Assembly: GCA_964276515.1 (NCBI GenBank)
Contig: OZ193909.1
Span: 4,898,001 to 4,962,000, forward strand
Reading direction: 5' to 3'
Length of the DNA: 64,000 bases
Source: Gordius albopunctatus
Lineage: Eukaryota
Positions 13,866-29,350 of the stretch are shown here, in pieces. The notes below the pieces were generated by a model. The model made no database searches. It saw only the letters and a list, made by a program, of their open reading frames with translations, and had not been told where the DNA came from. The translations under genes and the position numbers were made by a program. How positions within the stretch are numbered: position 1 is the stretch's first letter; each line of letters opens with the position of its first letter.

Positions 13866-16220
13866 GGATGTTATTTAAGTGCACAGTAAGAAATTAAAAA
13901 ATGCGCAGTAAAATATGAACAGTAATATATTCAAGTGCGCAGTAAATTATTAAAAATTGCTCAGTAATTAAATAAAATTTCACAGTTAATTAACAATAAA
14001 TTGCTCAGTAATTATATAGCCTTGCCTAGTAATTTTATAATATTTCTCAGTAATTTTGTAGCAATGAGCATTGCTCAGTAATTTAATAACATAGCTCAGT
14101 ACCTCAATAATTTAATAAAATTGCTTAATAATTTGAATTGATAAGTAATTTTTGAGCACTGCTCAGTAATTTAATAACACTGCTCAGTACCTCAATAATT
14201 TAATAAAATTACTTAATAATTTGAATTGTTAAGTCGTTTTTGAGCATTGCTCAGTAATCAAAACACAACTTAGTTTTCAATAGAATTGATTGGTTGAAAA
14301 AATATATTTTAAAAATTGCCTAATAATCTTTACAAATTGTTGAATAATATTTAGATGCTAAATTAAAAAAATACCCAGTTTATAATTCAATAACTAATAA
14401 TTAAATTATCCTTGATTTTATATTTTTTATATAAAAAATTTAGTTTGTGAATAAAATTAAGCACTTATTTATTTTAGCTAAAATAAATAGTTTGGAGACT
14501 TGATAATATACATTGCCCCTCCTCTTAATATTACTATGCATATGTCATAAATTTAAATCTAATGAATTTTTGAAATTTTTATTAGAGTATAAACATAAAT
14601 AATTTCAAATACAAATGCATAATGAACATATTTTGCTGACAATATAAACATAAATAATTTTAAATAGATATACATAGTGAACACTTTTTGCTGGAGCAAC
14701 CTTTAATTCAAAACTACCATGTATCATTTTTATAAACCCATTCTTTATAAAAATATTCGCAAAACTTTGAGGCTTTAGATGACCATTTTTCCAAGAATAA
14801 ATTGGAGGCTTTTTCAAAGACCTTAGTGCTTTGAGACAATTGTAATGTATTTATATCATCTAAAATTTCTTTCTGGTATATTTTATCAGCTAGTATAACC
14901 TGATCATAAAATAGTTAACAATAATATATTTACCTTTTTTTCTATATTTCTACGGATGTGAGCCCAACAAATGACAATTGTGTCTTTTCCAAAGACAGAT
15001 TTAAATGCATTATGTATGGAAATTGCCCCATCTGTAATTACTCCATTAATTAAATTGTTAAATAAAGAAATATAATCTTCTTCTTTTTCATTAACACATG
15101 AAGACATTCCCAAAATATGGAAATGCCTATCATAGTCATGACACCATGTAAGATACAATATAGAATTCATCATCAAAGGGTATTTGAGAATGAGCAATTA
15201 GCCACTGCTCCAACTCTACTAAACTAATTGTTGACACACCATATTTATTTATTCTCAATGCAGTTAATGTATTTCTTAGCTGAGCCAATGAAATATTTTA
15301 ATTCATTTTGTTGAGATTATGCATAATAGATTTAGGCTTGAGGCCTAAATTAAACAGTTTTTTTATCTCATCTTTAATTTCATTATTTATTTTAAGCTTG
15401 TTAGTATTTTCGGTATGAGTATGAAATGAAGTTGATGTGTATACAATAACTTTATCTGATATAGATTAATATAATATATATTCGAGCTGCACATTGTGGC
15501 CCTCTACACTTAACTTTGTTGCACCTTAAAAATGATTATATAAGTCATAATATTATACATGTAATAGACTTTTGTACCCTCTTCACTCTTTTTTATACCA
15601 TAGCCCCCAACCATCCTCGAAATATTTCTTTGCTTCTGCAGCCTTTTCTTAAGTGGCAACCTTTTGCCAAATGATATTCGTACGTCTACGTTTGATTTGA
15701 TTTGGTAATTTGTCCTTAACAACTTCTTCACTACTATCAGATTCATAAGGATCAAAAGTCTGATATAATGAGAATCTAGGTTCCATGTTCATCAAGTTAA
15801 ATTTGAAAGTAGCGCGAAAGAGAAGTATAGTTTTAGGAAAAAAGCTTTTTGCTATTAATATATTAACAAAAAAATAACCACTTTCTTGTAGCTCTATAAG
15901 TCCAGGCTCTACTGTGAAAATTCCTCCAACTTAGTTTGCGAGTTCGAGTATCGCTTATACCGATATTTTATTTTGAAAATAATTTTAAATAACTGTGCAA
16001 AAATCATATTTAATGAACAGCATCGTAATAAATAACTGAACAAATGAATTTAATGCTGCACAAAAAATTATTTTACTGAATGTTATTTTTTTACTGAGCA
16101 TTTAATTATTTTACTATGCATTTGATTATTTTACTGCGCATTTAATTATTTTACTGTGCATTTGAATTTTCTACTGCGCGAAAATTTAATTTTTTACTGG
16201 GCACATTAATTTGTTCTCAA
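13866..16220 (-). mobile_element. Degenerate MULE transposon
   Basis: ORF 14904-15197 DYDRHFHILG...ITDGAISIHNAFKSVF...ICWAHIRRN (MULE D and CxxH motifs); long TGC(G/T)CAGTA / ACTG(A/C)GCA subterminal arrays at both ends. Confidence 0.8.
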
Positions 16221-16599
16221 AAAATATTAGTCTGTGGCTGTCACATGAATGACATATTTAGCTTCTCAGTAAGCGTTTACTGTCTTTTTTATTAGACAAA
16301 AACTCGCCTTCTAAGAATTTCTAATTCACAAAACTATATCCTTTATCCTTAACCCATAGAGATCCCTATTCTCCCCTATTAAATACCCTCCTCTCAATAG
16401 CTTAACCACTGGCATTTACTGTTTTTTTTTAATTTGTAATTTTTATTTTTAGTTAGTACAGGGTTAAACTAGGTAATAATAGGTAAAACTTTGTAGCTAT
16501 AGATTGAGTCAATGTAGAAAAATTAATCCCATACCCCTCCGATGAAACATTCGTCAAGGCCCTATCCCTCTGGAACCTTAATGTTATTCCAGAAACCTC

Positions 16600-17502
16600 C
16601 TATCCACAAACATCCATTTAAAAAGATTTGGATGCTTGTTTGGTTTCGCGCTCCGTTGCTCACCTACTTACGAGCAGCGATACCAAGCAACATTACAACA
16701 TTCGGTCATTGGTGTTTGATAAATCTGGCCACGAATGACTTAAGGCTTACCCCAGTAAATATTCAAACATGATGTTGGAGGACTCCGAGCTATCCTACAG
16801 TATCGCTCTACGCCTTGGCATCAAATACACCAAACCATATGCATGTAGGAATTGCAACTTGCCAGTTGACGAAGAAGCCTGTCATCCATTACATTGCAAG
16901 TTAAACAAATTCAGACACATACGACACTCTAAAATCAACTCCATCATCCAGTCAGCCCTTAAAAAGGATAAAATCCCGTCCATTCTTGAGCCGTCAGACC
17001 CCTCTCTTGAGGGTCGAATGCGCCCTGACGCCTCCTAACTTGTGCCTTCGAAAAACGGTCTTTTGTTAAAATGGGACACTTTACATGCATCGATTTGTTT
17101 ACCCCTTCAAATCTCAATTATGATCCAATGGCACTCGCCGAGGGGCGCAAATTAACAAAATACAAGGCTCTTTTAAACTCAAGTATTTTTATCCCCATAG
17201 TTTCATCCTGTTCCGGCTCTTATGGAAAAATGGCATTAACCCTTTTTAAAGAAATAGGCAGACGATCTCCTCCTTTTAAATATTGTCCCGCATTTCTACT
17301 AAAATAATCGATTGCGATTTTAATCGCAAAATTCAACTTTAAATCCTTTTTGGATTCTTGTCCTTCGTTGAAAGAGGAAGATGAAGATGAAGATATATTA
17401 GCTATTTAACGCTCCTATTTTTTTTAATATACTAAATTTGTACCACATTTTACCGTATTTTAATTAGCCATATATTAATAAACTTTTTATTATAAAAAAA
17501 AA
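16600..17502 (+). mobile_element. 3' fragment of a CRE-type non-LTR retrotransposon (RLE endonuclease)
   Basis: IALRLG..C..C...H.LHC....RH...LEP...RPD zinc-knuckle/RLE motifs, similar to 38788-39200; frameshifted; ends in AATAAA and an A-run. Confidence 0.8.
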
Positions 17503-18919
17503 GTCGGGCATGAACTTAAGCTTTTGCCAGTAATATTATTTGCTATGCAATTATGGCGATTCCAACATAAATTGCATAGCAAATATGCTTTGTTTATAAG
17601 TAGTATAAAAGAGTAATAGATGTATAGAAACCCTTTAAAGGCGTATTTATATATTTTAGAATAATAAATTTATTAATATTTAATTAAAACTATTGAAATA
17701 TAATACAATGTAAAAAAAAATATACGTATGAGAGGTAAGGTAATATTTTTGTAGAGAGGTAATAGGAGTGCGAAGTGCCTCCGGGGATACGTTATTTACC
17801 TGCGTGTTGTCGATCAAATTATCGTTAATTGGTTGTAACTTATATATGCGTTGGATATACACGTTTTACTCACTTTTCGATTATTGTATCCCAGTCATAA
17901 TAGTTTATGTGAATAAAGATCCAGCTTTCAACAATTTTAATAAGCCTTATACTTAAAATATCAAAAGCAAAACTAGTCCTTAAGAATTTGCATTTGTTAG
18001 GTCTTTTTTTCGATTTTGCAAATAAATTAAAAAAATCTAGGAAAAATTCTAACCGTTTTATCATATAGAGCTCCGCTTAGCCCGAGGGATTTTGAGCCAA
18101 AAAACCATGTAAAACGGAATTTTTCAGAAATGAAGCTTTATTTAAATAAATACAATAAAACTACTTTGTAAAATATTCTCGCCTTTCGCCTTCACTAATA
18201 TGAGTTCGAACCTACGTAAGGCCCTATTTTTTTGCTTTTTGTTATTAACCTAAATTTTGGACTGATAATAAATAGTTCTTTTTAATAACATTAATAATAT
18301 TGGCTTTTTGGCTTTCTGCTGGCTACTGACCAATGAAAAAAATGAGTATTGGCCAAAGTGTGAATCGAAATTTTTAATTTTTTTGAATATTTGGCCCTTG
18401 TGTATTAATATTTATTCGCTTACTGGATGAGCCCGGTGTAGGGTGTCAGCAGCCAGCGTGGTAACTCCAAACACCGCTTTTGAAATGGATGATTAATGGC
18501 TTTTTCACACTCTCTCTCTCCAATGAGATTGGGTAGAGGCGTGATTGATGAGATTTTTTGAGAGAATTTTAGCTCTTGTTAACACCCAGCGTTCATCGTG
18601 TTACTACTGATACATTGTTCTTAAGTAGGCAATAAATCATTCCTCCCTTATACTAAACTTTAACTACCCAAAAAGCTCATTATTATTTTTTGCATATTAA
18701 AATTCTTTGAACCCAATAATTTGTCTGTTTTTGCAAATATTTATTTATTTCTATGGGGGGGGGGAGAAATCAACCTAAGGTAGATCCCAGCTATAAAAAT
18801 TTATAAATATATATGTAATATAACAATAATAAAATAAAATAAGTAAATATTTTGTCTACATTTAATTATACAAAATTTAACAAATCTAATATTATACCCA
18901 AAATATAACGCCTAAAAAT

Positions 18920-19197
18920 GAATCTGGTGCAAAATCTAATATGTGCAAAATCTAATAATGTAATATTCGCATTTTAGAAATTGAGACCGGTTTTCACGCA
19001 TATTCATACGCATGTAATATGTACTAAAAAACTACGTAATAAAAGGATACTATAATTGTTAATTGAAACAAAATAAGTTATATCAAAATGTATAATACTA
19101 TTTTATAAATAAATACATATTATCAAATAAATCACTAAATCTAACCCTAACCCTTGCCTATATTAGATTTTGCACATATTAGATTTTGCACAGAAGT
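18920..19197. mobile_element. MITE with ~30-bp inverted repeats and a 9-bp TSD (Mutator-like)
   Basis: tgcaaaatctaatatgtgcaaaatctaata ... tattagattttgcacatattagattttgca; flanks cctaaaaat/gctaaaaat. Confidence 0.65.
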
Positions 19198-21275
19198 GCT
19201 AAAAATAGCAAAAATTGACCTTTGATTGATTGACAGCTCATATTTAACACGGCTGGCATCTGTCATACTAAACCGGTAAACGTTTTTTTGCCATTTATCC
19301 GGGTGTATTAAATTATGTTGGAATTTTAGGGCATATATGATGATAAAGCGGTTATTGAAGTAAAAATAAAGTTTGATGTCTATATGTTCTACTTCTATTG
19401 TTCTATTTCCGTATAATATATTAAGAATATATAAAATATAATTGGTAAGTGTTTATTATGCAAAAATTTTTTAACAAATAGTTAAAGAGGGTCCAAGGCC
19501 CAGGCCCACCCAAGAGAGAAAACCTTGCCCCATGCCCCTCCCCCCTGGCCCTTCAAGCAATTTATTTTAATTTTTTGTAATTAAGAAACAATATCATAAT
19601 TATAATTATTTTTTTCACAAAAAAACTTTTAATTCTGAACTTAATAATGTCAGAAGAACTGAGATATATCAACATATATTGGCACTTTGTTAAAAGTATT
19701 TTCATTTTTCTCCTTATTTAACGCGCAAAAAATGACAAAATTAGATTTTTTAAATTTATTTAGCCACGCAGGAGGTGATACGACCGTCCTATAATAATAA
19801 TTGAAGTGGAAAATAAGCAAAAATGACTTTGATTTAATGTTTCAAATCGTAAAAAGTTTCCATTTTCCGCAGCACACGCTTACATTTATCAGACTACACT
19901 ATCTACACGCATGACGGTCTAGAAAATACTATAAGTGAAGTGATACACTTTTACTAAATAACTGTATATTCAAATTTTCAAAGAACACGATTAGGTTGCG
20001 TTTGATTGACATTCTATTAAACGTCAAAACGTATAAAACAAACTCGAAAACTACTGGACCGATTTAGCTCGAACAAATCTTAAAACATGCTCCGTAGTGT
20101 CAGGTATAAACTATGAAATATTGAGCCAAATCGGTCTGGCAGTTTTCCAAAATTAGTGGCGGCGTACACACATACACACATAAATTCATTTTTATATATA
20201 ATATTGGCCGTCTACTGACTGCTGACCATGGGAAAAAATGACCACTGGCCGAAGTGTGAATTGAAATTTTTTTATTTTGCTCTTATGTAATTATACGCTA
20301 TTTGGCCGTTTGCTGGCTGATGACCACTGGAAAATATACAGTGGCTTTCTGGTTGAGTGATAGGGTAATAAGGGGGGCGAAGGGTGGGGCAAATTACCCC
20401 AAGAGATCGAGGAATCTATTTATGATATATGATATGAGAAAATATTTAAAGTTTTTAACTGATAGCAATTGCTAATAAATCTGCTGTATGCTCGAGTTTC
20501 TGTTCGGGCAATCTGCTCAATGTTTAAACAGATTTTGCTGTTTCGACTCGACGCTTGATCATTTCTATATGCTACTGTTCTGCCTAGTGCACCTAAAAAC
20601 GAGCACAGATTGTGCTAACGAGCATCACACTGTGCGTGCTCGCGTCTGGAGTTGAAGCAATTAGCAATTTAACAACTCTAGTCCCTATAGCGTTCCATTA
20701 TAATTATTCTTTGCTCAAAAGTACAAAGGTGAATTGGTGTTTTTAAATAAATTCACACATATCTAATAGCGATTATAACATTAAAAATTAATATAAAGAC
20801 ACAGAAAGCTTATTTTACTCCTTAAAAGTAACATTGAAAATACAAAGCTAAGTTATCATCATAAAAAGAATTAAATTTAACAGGTAAATTGAATTCTTCA
20901 ACATTTTTCTGTCAAATTTATCCTCAATTTAAATTATTTACAACTAGATATTTGTTATATTATAAATATATAAAATGAAATGGATTAGAACAAAATATTC
21001 ATTTAAAAATAGCGATTAAAATATTTTCGCGGGTCAGGCTAAAACAAAAGGTACATTCAAGCTTGGGTTGTGCTCAGATGGCTATATATAACGGAAATTA
21101 ACCTGTGCAAAGAAATAAATTCTTTCTATTTTTTTACACATAATTGGATAAATAAATAAAAGCATTCCTTTTATTTCATTCTGGAAATTAGATAAAAATT
21201 AATTATACTATAGTTTTGATGGGTAATTATTTGAATAAATGCATAAATTTTATCTCCAGGCTATTACAAGGTATA

Positions 21276-21398
21276 CATGGGATCTAAAAATTCTTTGAAA
21301 TTTAATATAATCATGGCCAAAATGACTAAAAATGATCAATTTGCCCCTCCCTAAATCATTATTGCCCCCCTCTATATCCAATCCTGGCCACGCCTATG
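21276..21398. mobile_element. CATGGG-TIR MITE, deleted copy
   Basis: Interior matches 10280-10448; TSD aaggtata/aagatata. Confidence 0.7.
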
Positions 21399-24300
21399 AA
21401 GATATATCTATTGTTGTAAGGACTTTTGTAATGTATTTAGGCGACGTCACGTCATTTTGATTTTAAGAATCGAGAGTAGGTAGCATTTTTTCCTTAGAAA
21501 TTAAAATATTTTTTGGCATGATTCGCTATAAAAATGGATAAATGTTTAAGATATATATCTCACTAATCAATCCATTTTTCAAAGAAAATAGTTAAACTAC
21601 TAAATGTGCAAGGTAAATTGTTCGTTAGACCTAATTTTAGTCTTTATTATCCAAATCGCTAAATAAAACTTTCCCCATTCTTCCATTAGTTATGAAAGCA
21701 GCTCCAAGTATTGATATCATTTGTGATATTTTCATCAAATATAACTGTCATATATGTCGTATGTATATGTGTTTTGGGGAAAGAGACGTTGAAGAATAGC
21801 AACCAGATGCAAGGGATATTTACCAGATGCTAGACGATGATAGGCGGAAGACAAAGGAAATCGAAGAAAGAAGAGTAACGTAAAGGACGGAAGGGAGAAT
21901 AACAACTGGCGCAAGGCACACAGAACAGAACGAGAGATTATCAGAAACAAAAGAGAAAATATCATGCATTAATTAATTCCCCTCCACAAACGACACACGA
22001 TTGTGATTATCCTAAATCTGGTAATAATATATTGGAATAAAGAGTGGATTTGAAAGTTCATTCTCGTTTGGTTTATACGTATAATTTGAATTACAAAAAT
22101 AACATCGATTCACTCATTTATTTATTTAGTGTGGAATTGGGCCCTATATAGTAAATTTTAATTCATGAACTTCTCTTCGGATTAAAATTTTTTTAAAGCA
22201 TATACTAAATTATATAATGTAGTTTAAATTTATATAAAAGAGATATCATATGAATAAAAAAAGATTCGACTTGTTAATCACCTTCTAAACGTTTTTTAGT
22301 GAAACAAATAAACGAGATAATAAGTAAGCCAGGATTGATATAGATTTAAAGAAATTCATATAATTTTCACTTACATCAATTTATCGCTTGAAAGTGAAAC
22401 TTATATGACAAAATTTTTAAAAGGGCCATCAAAACATAATGGTAAATAGGTTGAATTATGAAATATATAAAATTTAATACTTGTTCTATAAAAAATGGCT
22501 TGTGTCTAGATAAGACTGGTCCTCATCCTGGTAAAGGTTTTTATGGATTATTTCATCTAATATTTATACTTTTTATTAAAAAATATTTGTTTTATTTTTA
22601 AAATATTAGGAGGTGTATTTATATCTCAACGATAATTTTGATATACTTTTATAATTTATTAAAATTCTTAATTTTCTCATGCCTATACAGCGGATTAGCC
22701 ATCGAAAATAGACAAAAAATTATACATTTTTGATGGAACATTATATTTAGATTAAAAATTCCCAAAACATTATTAAGACAAAAAAACTATGGATTACGCT
22801 ATTTCAATTTTATATTTAATCGTTTGTCATTATGAAATTACCATTTTTAAAATGAACAACATTTATTACTCTTATTTATGCATTTCCAGTCAATGTTTAA
22901 TATATCTTATTTTGTATAATTTCAGGAAAACCAGTCGATTCGGAACGAAAACGCAACTTAATATTTAATCACGATTTTTGTAATGTTTTTCTTATAAATT
23001 ATCTTAACCCATTAAAATAAACAAACTACGAGCATTAAATCATTTTTGCTACTATCTCGATTTATTTGTATAAAATATTGTTGAACGACGCTGTAACGGA
23101 AAACCGGACAATTTAGCAGATTCCAAATTTTTGCTATGTTTATTATTAGACAACCTATATAAAATTTTCAACAAGAAAACGAAAAATGAATTCGCGTAAA
23201 ATAAGCCATTTCTAGTCGGAAGGGCGGGACTCGACACAAAATTTGAAATATATTTGGAAAACAGGAAAATAAATTGTTAGGACTATTTAGAAAGTATAAA
23301 TAAAATTAAAACTAAAATCAAAATTTATTTTTAAAATAAAAAATACGATAAAATTAATAAAATTTTAAAAAGGTTTAACCAATTCGGGGAGTATTTAAAA
23401 AATTGGAGCTCCAGATTTGTAGAATAATACGCAGCACAAGTGATAAAAGTATAAAAAATGAAATAAAAATGAAAAAAGTTGTACCTAAATTTTGAATTAC
23501 TAAATAATGAGACAAAATAAAAAAAACAGAAAAATTAGTTTTAAAATAAAAAAAGGATAATAGATTTGGTTAATATTTAAATTCAGGAAAATGGGGTTAA
23601 AAAAATAATGACTAAATCCAAGCTAAAAATATAATTTATTAATAAAATTTGCAAATGGTATACGAGTATATATTTTACATTAAAGTCCATTGATATACGT
23701 GGATGAATCTTTTTAGGATTATAATTTTTAATATATAAACTAATGATAACATAACTAAGAAATATACATTTCCCTCAGGGAAAAAACGGATATAAAATAA
23801 GAATCTGTACCCAAAAAACTTTTTGTTTATTAATTACACAGCTACTATACATTTTATTAAAATATGTCTTATTCATGACATTACACACCTGAAGCGGATT
23901 TAAGAGGTTTCACCCAAAACTTTAATAAATTCAAGTAGAATTTGTTTACAAGGAATATAATTTCAAAAGGCAAATTAATTATGCGTTTTCTTATGTTAAT
24001 TGCAAGAATTTTATTTTTAAAATCGTCAACTCCTGATTGCGCCAAGCATAGACGTAGACAGGTTTTTGAAATCTTAGCCATTTTCATATTAAAAGATTTT
24101 TTTGAATTTAGAGGGAAAGCAGTCGCCCCTCCCTACCTGTGCCCATGAAGCGAAGAATTTGTAAGTATGAAAATCATTCGATATTTTGAGTAAATATCTA
24201 ATATCCGATATTTAATAAAACATGGCTAATTGCGGATTGTGAAAATTTAAATGTTTTTTACATTTATGAAAGGAGAGAGGTAGGTTGAAATAAGTAATCC

Positions 24301-25807
24301 AAGCCAAATATACCTTAAGAATTCAAAATGTGGCACCAATTTATGTTAATTACACAGGTCTACAAAAGAAACATACTGCAATCGGACCAATAATTCTGAT
24401 AGAGAATTTTGCGCTGAAAAATAATATGGTTTTAGTTTTTTTCCACAATTACCAGTTTTTTAGATAAACGAGGTTGAATGTGCCAAAAATGCCCATTTTA
24501 AGCCTTTTGAGGCTATATTGACACAGAATTTTTGATATTTAGTTATGTGATTCCATGATACGAATGAGTTGGGGGAGCAGTAGATGTGAAATTTTGTGGT
24601 TACCGAATTAAGTAAAAAAGGGCAAAATGGATTAGATCACACTCGACATTCTTCCGAATAATTTGAGGGTTTATTTATTTTTTAACAATTTTGTTGGAAG
24701 CATGCCGTTATATTCGTCAAGAGCGTTATTAAAACTTTGAGCGCCAACGCTTCGTAAAAGTCGATCCTGTCATGTAAAATTAATGTTAATTTTTTAAAAT
24801 ATTTCGGGCGTGCAAAATGTAGATTAAACGAAAATGTTTGTACTGTGCATGGGCATAGCCATGGGGAAACAGAAGTCACCTCACCAATTCCAAGAACACA
24901 TAAAAGTTTGCGAATTAACAATTGAAATTTCAAAAACTAACTCCTTTGCTCGGATCTAAATCATTATATTACCTTTGCTTCGATCCACAATAATACTGGC
25001 TATCAGAGGTGAGATTTGTTACAATTTTTCTGCCCGAACCCGGCCCGATTTTATAATTAATCTGCACGCCCGAACCCTTCTATGTGTCCGCCCAGCAATG
25101 CCCGAATTATCCCAGCTGCCCGGCCCGAAATGGTGTGTTTTAAAATTTATAGCACTAATATCGTTATATTTTTTAAAAATCTTATCTTAATTTTTGATTT
25201 TTTTTAAATGAGAACTGGATTAACAAACATTATAAAATTAAATTAAAAATTGACAAATTATACACAAAAACAATATAACACATTATGTTAAAAACAAAAT
25301 TGAGCCCGAATTGCCAGAATCTTGTTATGGTGCCCGCCCGAAAGTTAAAATTTACGATGGTCTCTGATAGGTATAGCATTAAAAACCTTTAATAGTGTGT
25401 AGAATCAGATATTAAGAGCAGATGAGTTTAGGTTGAAATTTGTAATCCATTTAGGGTGGGATGCAAATTCATGATTTTAAGGGCTTAAACACAGGGTTTT
25501 GTTAGCCAATTGATGAAAATAGTTGACAATCAATCAAAATTTTTGTTTATCAATCATATTAAAGGGATATAGTCTAAGTACATTCGTAATCAATTTAATT
25601 TTAAATAGCAATTGTATGAGTATTGAAAAATTAAATAAAGGTAGCAGTAAATTTTTCATAATTTAAAATAAAGAAAAGCTTTCAAAATGGCTATTTTTTA
25701 ATCAAAATTACAAGTCATCTCACTAAATATAAACACCTGGCATATAAATATTTACAAAATTTTATACATTGATCCATATGTATTTACAGCTATATTATAA
25801 AAGGTTT

Positions 25808-26826
25808 TTAACATTTCATTGCATTTTGAAAGATTGCTCTTAAATTGGACACAGCATTTTCTTCTTCTTCATTGTCTATTTTAAAAGCTTTCCAATCAAC
25901 ATGATTTGGAAGATTTAATAAACTTGAATGGCAAAAAACCTCCCTAAAATAATTAAAAGAAAACTGGTAAGTTGGGTGGAAAAAAATTAAAATATATTTT
26001 TAAACTCTTAAATTAAATATATAAATTAGAAAGCACTAATTATACAACTAAAATATAATTAATAAACAATGTTAAGGTTGTTAATATTCACTCTGAATTA
26101 TAAGAATAGGCAATTATTATAAAATATATAACAATGACCTTCCAAAATTAATGGGAAAATCTGATAATATATTAGCAAATAATTTCTCCCTTGTATCCAG
26201 CTCTACATAAAAGTACCTTGAAGAAGGTGTTATGACCTAATTTTATGTATAAGCCTGATTAATTAATTAAATACCTGTCTTAGTTCAGTAAGAGATGGAA
26301 TTTCATTAAGTTTAATTTTATATTGCTTTGCTAGAGTTAAGAACAGAGGCTTAATTTGATGATATTTATCAGTTGAAACTTGTAAGCACTATTTAATATT
26401 AAATATTAATAGTTTTATAAACATACATGAATTTGAAAATGAGGTGTTTTGAAATTTCTCTCATAAAATACACATCTAAGGTTTAGAGTCTTAAAAAATT
26501 TAACCAAAAATTGCTTTATTTCATTTATTTCTTGAATAACTTCATCTGATAAGTTAATGATGGAACCACAATGAGCTATTGGGATTATAATAATATGATA
26601 GGGTGTAAGAAAGCCTTTAGCCAATGCAACATATACCTACAAAAAGCTTTAAAAGTACATGTTAAAGTAAAACCTCTTTTCCCACATAGGTACAGAGATG
26701 CGTTTCAACATCTTTGTTTCCCAGGCAAAACCAACAATTTAATAAAGGGGGGTTATTGTGAGTTTTTGACATCACATGTGCTTCTATAGATACATGATAA
26801 ATGGTAGCGGTCGAAAATGGAGCCAT
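25808..26826 (-). CDS. CWF19L1: CWF19-like 1 (CwfJ C-terminal domains); start uncertain
   Basis: Exons (26826?)-26674, 26636-26427, 26388-26275, 26236-26139, 25943-25808. Protein CWFCLGNKDVETHL...VYVALAKG...HIIIIPIAH...FYERNFKTPHFQIH...YFYVELDTREKLF...FPINFGREV...DWK matches recalled CWF19L1 motifs. Confidence 0.9.
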
Positions 26827-27623
26827 GAAGCTATGAATCCCTGGCGCTTTATATCAAATCGTTTATTATTTTTTCCACTCATATAAAAACCTAATGTCAA
26901 ACTTAGGGTGAGGAGTAGAATTAAAATAAGTTTAAACTTTTTGTTAAAAACCAAATTTTTTGACTTTTTTATTTATCATTTTAAGGTTATTAAAATATTA
27001 TTTATAACAAAAAAATTTAACTCTATTGAACAAATTGGCTGAAATATAACCTATATAATTTTCTCTGAAAATCGACAATATTATGAAAACACAATCTTTA
27101 GATCTCCTACTTTGACTTATTTACCTTTTCATATCTTCATCAATCTAAGCAGTGGCTTTCTTTGTCTGTCTTCCCTTCTCAGGATAGCATAATTATTAGT
27201 AAACAATGTATCCACTTCTAATGACTCTTCTACTGCTACCGGAATTTCGCGTAACTACTTTCTTTTATCCTTTTTAATTGATCAGCATGTACTTAGTTTT
27301 ATTAATCTTATAGGAAAACCATTTTTGTCTCTTTCCGTCACCATAAGTATATTTTTAAACTGTTCGTTTATTTTAAAGTTTTATGGGCTCCCAGTCATAT
27401 TGCATCGTATTTTATTTTCCATGACACTTTAGGGAGCTGGTCGGAACTAATTCACCATTCCATCGATTTTTATCTTGGCTGAAGATCGACCTTTGATCCG
27501 AAATGATATACATCGCCTCTTTGATGCAATGGTAGACTTTTAATGCACTATTATGTCTTTTTGCATATGAATTTGTCTCAGAATCATCTGGAGAAATTAA
27601 AATAGGCACTATATTGTAATCCT

Positions 27624-27832
27624 TATGGGCGTAGCCAGCTTTTGAATTAGGGAGGGGGTGGGCAAATAACAAAATTTTTTCCTTGACTATCCCAAAAATT
27701 TTTCCTGAGAGCAAAAATTAGGGGAGGGCAAAACATATTTTTTTTGAATTTTTGATGGTTTTTGTATTGAAATTTTCCTAATTAGGGAGGTGGGCAGCCG
27801 AGCTCCCTGACCCCCCCCCTCCTACGCCCATG
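27624..27832. mobile_element. CATGGGCGTAG hAT-type MITE
   Basis: TIRs plus a perfect 8-bp TSD gtaatcct (27616-27623 / 27833-27840). Confidence 0.9.
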
Positions 27833-28219
27833 GTAATCCTTACAGAAAGGTCTTAATTCATCTGACGTAAACTGAGGAATATTATTGCTAATTTGCCGTG
27901 TAACACTAAATCTAGCAAGACAGCCTTTAAATTTTTTAATTAATACTTTTGAATAGGAATTCCTGAGAATTTATACCTCACTCTATTTTAAATACTAGTT
28001 AATACCTACGTACCAGTAAAAGGAGTTTGTTCCTCTAGGTCCATTTAAAGTTGTTCCAAATGTTTATTTGTTAGTGTGATCTTCTAAAAAAATTTAGTCA
28101 CATCTTGGGTGCGATTATGATAAACTCGATCTCGTCTCGGGTTAGAAAATCTCGTTATCGTCTCCTCTTGACGAGAATTCTAGACATGACATACTATGCA
28201 AATTTCTAATTTTCATTAA

Positions 28220-29350
28220 TCTATATATATATAAATCTAAGTCTCTTTTTTTGAACACTAATAACTTTTAGAGTTCTCAACCGATTGCCACCAAATTCGG
28301 CCAGATTATTGCCTTAGCATTGTAGATGGTTTATAAATACTTTTTATTAACCTGCGACAACGGGAATCCTGTTTTTTGGTAGTCTATAACGCCATCTAGC
28401 GGATTATTTATACTACGTTTTTTATACTTATTTATCGTTATGGTGCTACTTTTTACCTAAAGTGTTTTTCCACATATGCTTTGTCATTTGTGGCTCAATT
28501 TTTTACTCACCTACGCACGTTTTTTTACAATATATAAGGTTGTAAAAAATAAACATTCAAGATACCCTAAAACATCACCATTTTCTTAAATAAATATAAA
28601 GCGCGCTTTAATAAACATTCCCCTGTTTCGTGCTTTTTTCCATTTTTACGAAGTTCGAAGTAATATTTGCACATTCACACGTTTCGTGCTTTTTACATTT
28701 TTATGAAGTTCGAAGTAATATTCACTTAAAACAAAATTTTATCATTGTTTATATTTAGAACATAATTATTATGTAACATCAGAGCGTTGATTCTTTTTTT
28801 TATAGCAATTCACTGTATATCTTTATTTGTGATCTGTGACAGGATAATTGTACAATTTGTGATCTGTTCCATTTTTTATGAAGTTCGAAGTAATATTCAC
28901 TTACAACAAAATTTGATGTTAGTTAAGTAATATCCTCAGAGATTTAGAGTTTTTTAACAATAAATTTAATACTAATTTAATACTCTAGATTTTAGAGTAT
29001 GACATTACATTATATACGCTGTACTCAAAATTTTTTCTACATTGTCGAACATTATCAGTGACTTTTATACCAGTGGTTTATAATTTTTTTTCACCCAGAC
29101 CCAATTATGCATATTATAACTTAAACATCGCACTTTTTAACCTATAATATAATAAAATACCTAATAAATATTTAAATCGTGTGTAAATCATTAATAAATA
29201 TGCCTTTTCTATTATTAAACTATATAATATATATTTACATAATATAGCATTATATTTTTCACATCATAAACTCTCTTACAAATTAATTTGTACTAATTAT
29301 TTAACTAATTAGGGACTAAGCCAAAGCAACGCTTGGCCGGGCTCAGCTAG
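28220..29350 (+). mobile_element. Non-autonomous Helitron
   Basis: 5' TC(TA)n start after an A; 3' imperfect hairpin gccaaagcaacgcttggc followed by CTAG; internal tandem repeats (gaagttcgaagtaatatt three times). Confidence 0.75.

Noticed and set aside
19141..19154. ctaaccctaaccct as a telomeric repeat
   Set aside because: Only two units, inside a MITE.
21722..22104. Possible solo LTR (TG...AATAAA...CA); similar candidates at about 8857-9307 and 35279-35470
   Set aside because: No convincing TSD and no second copy in the window.
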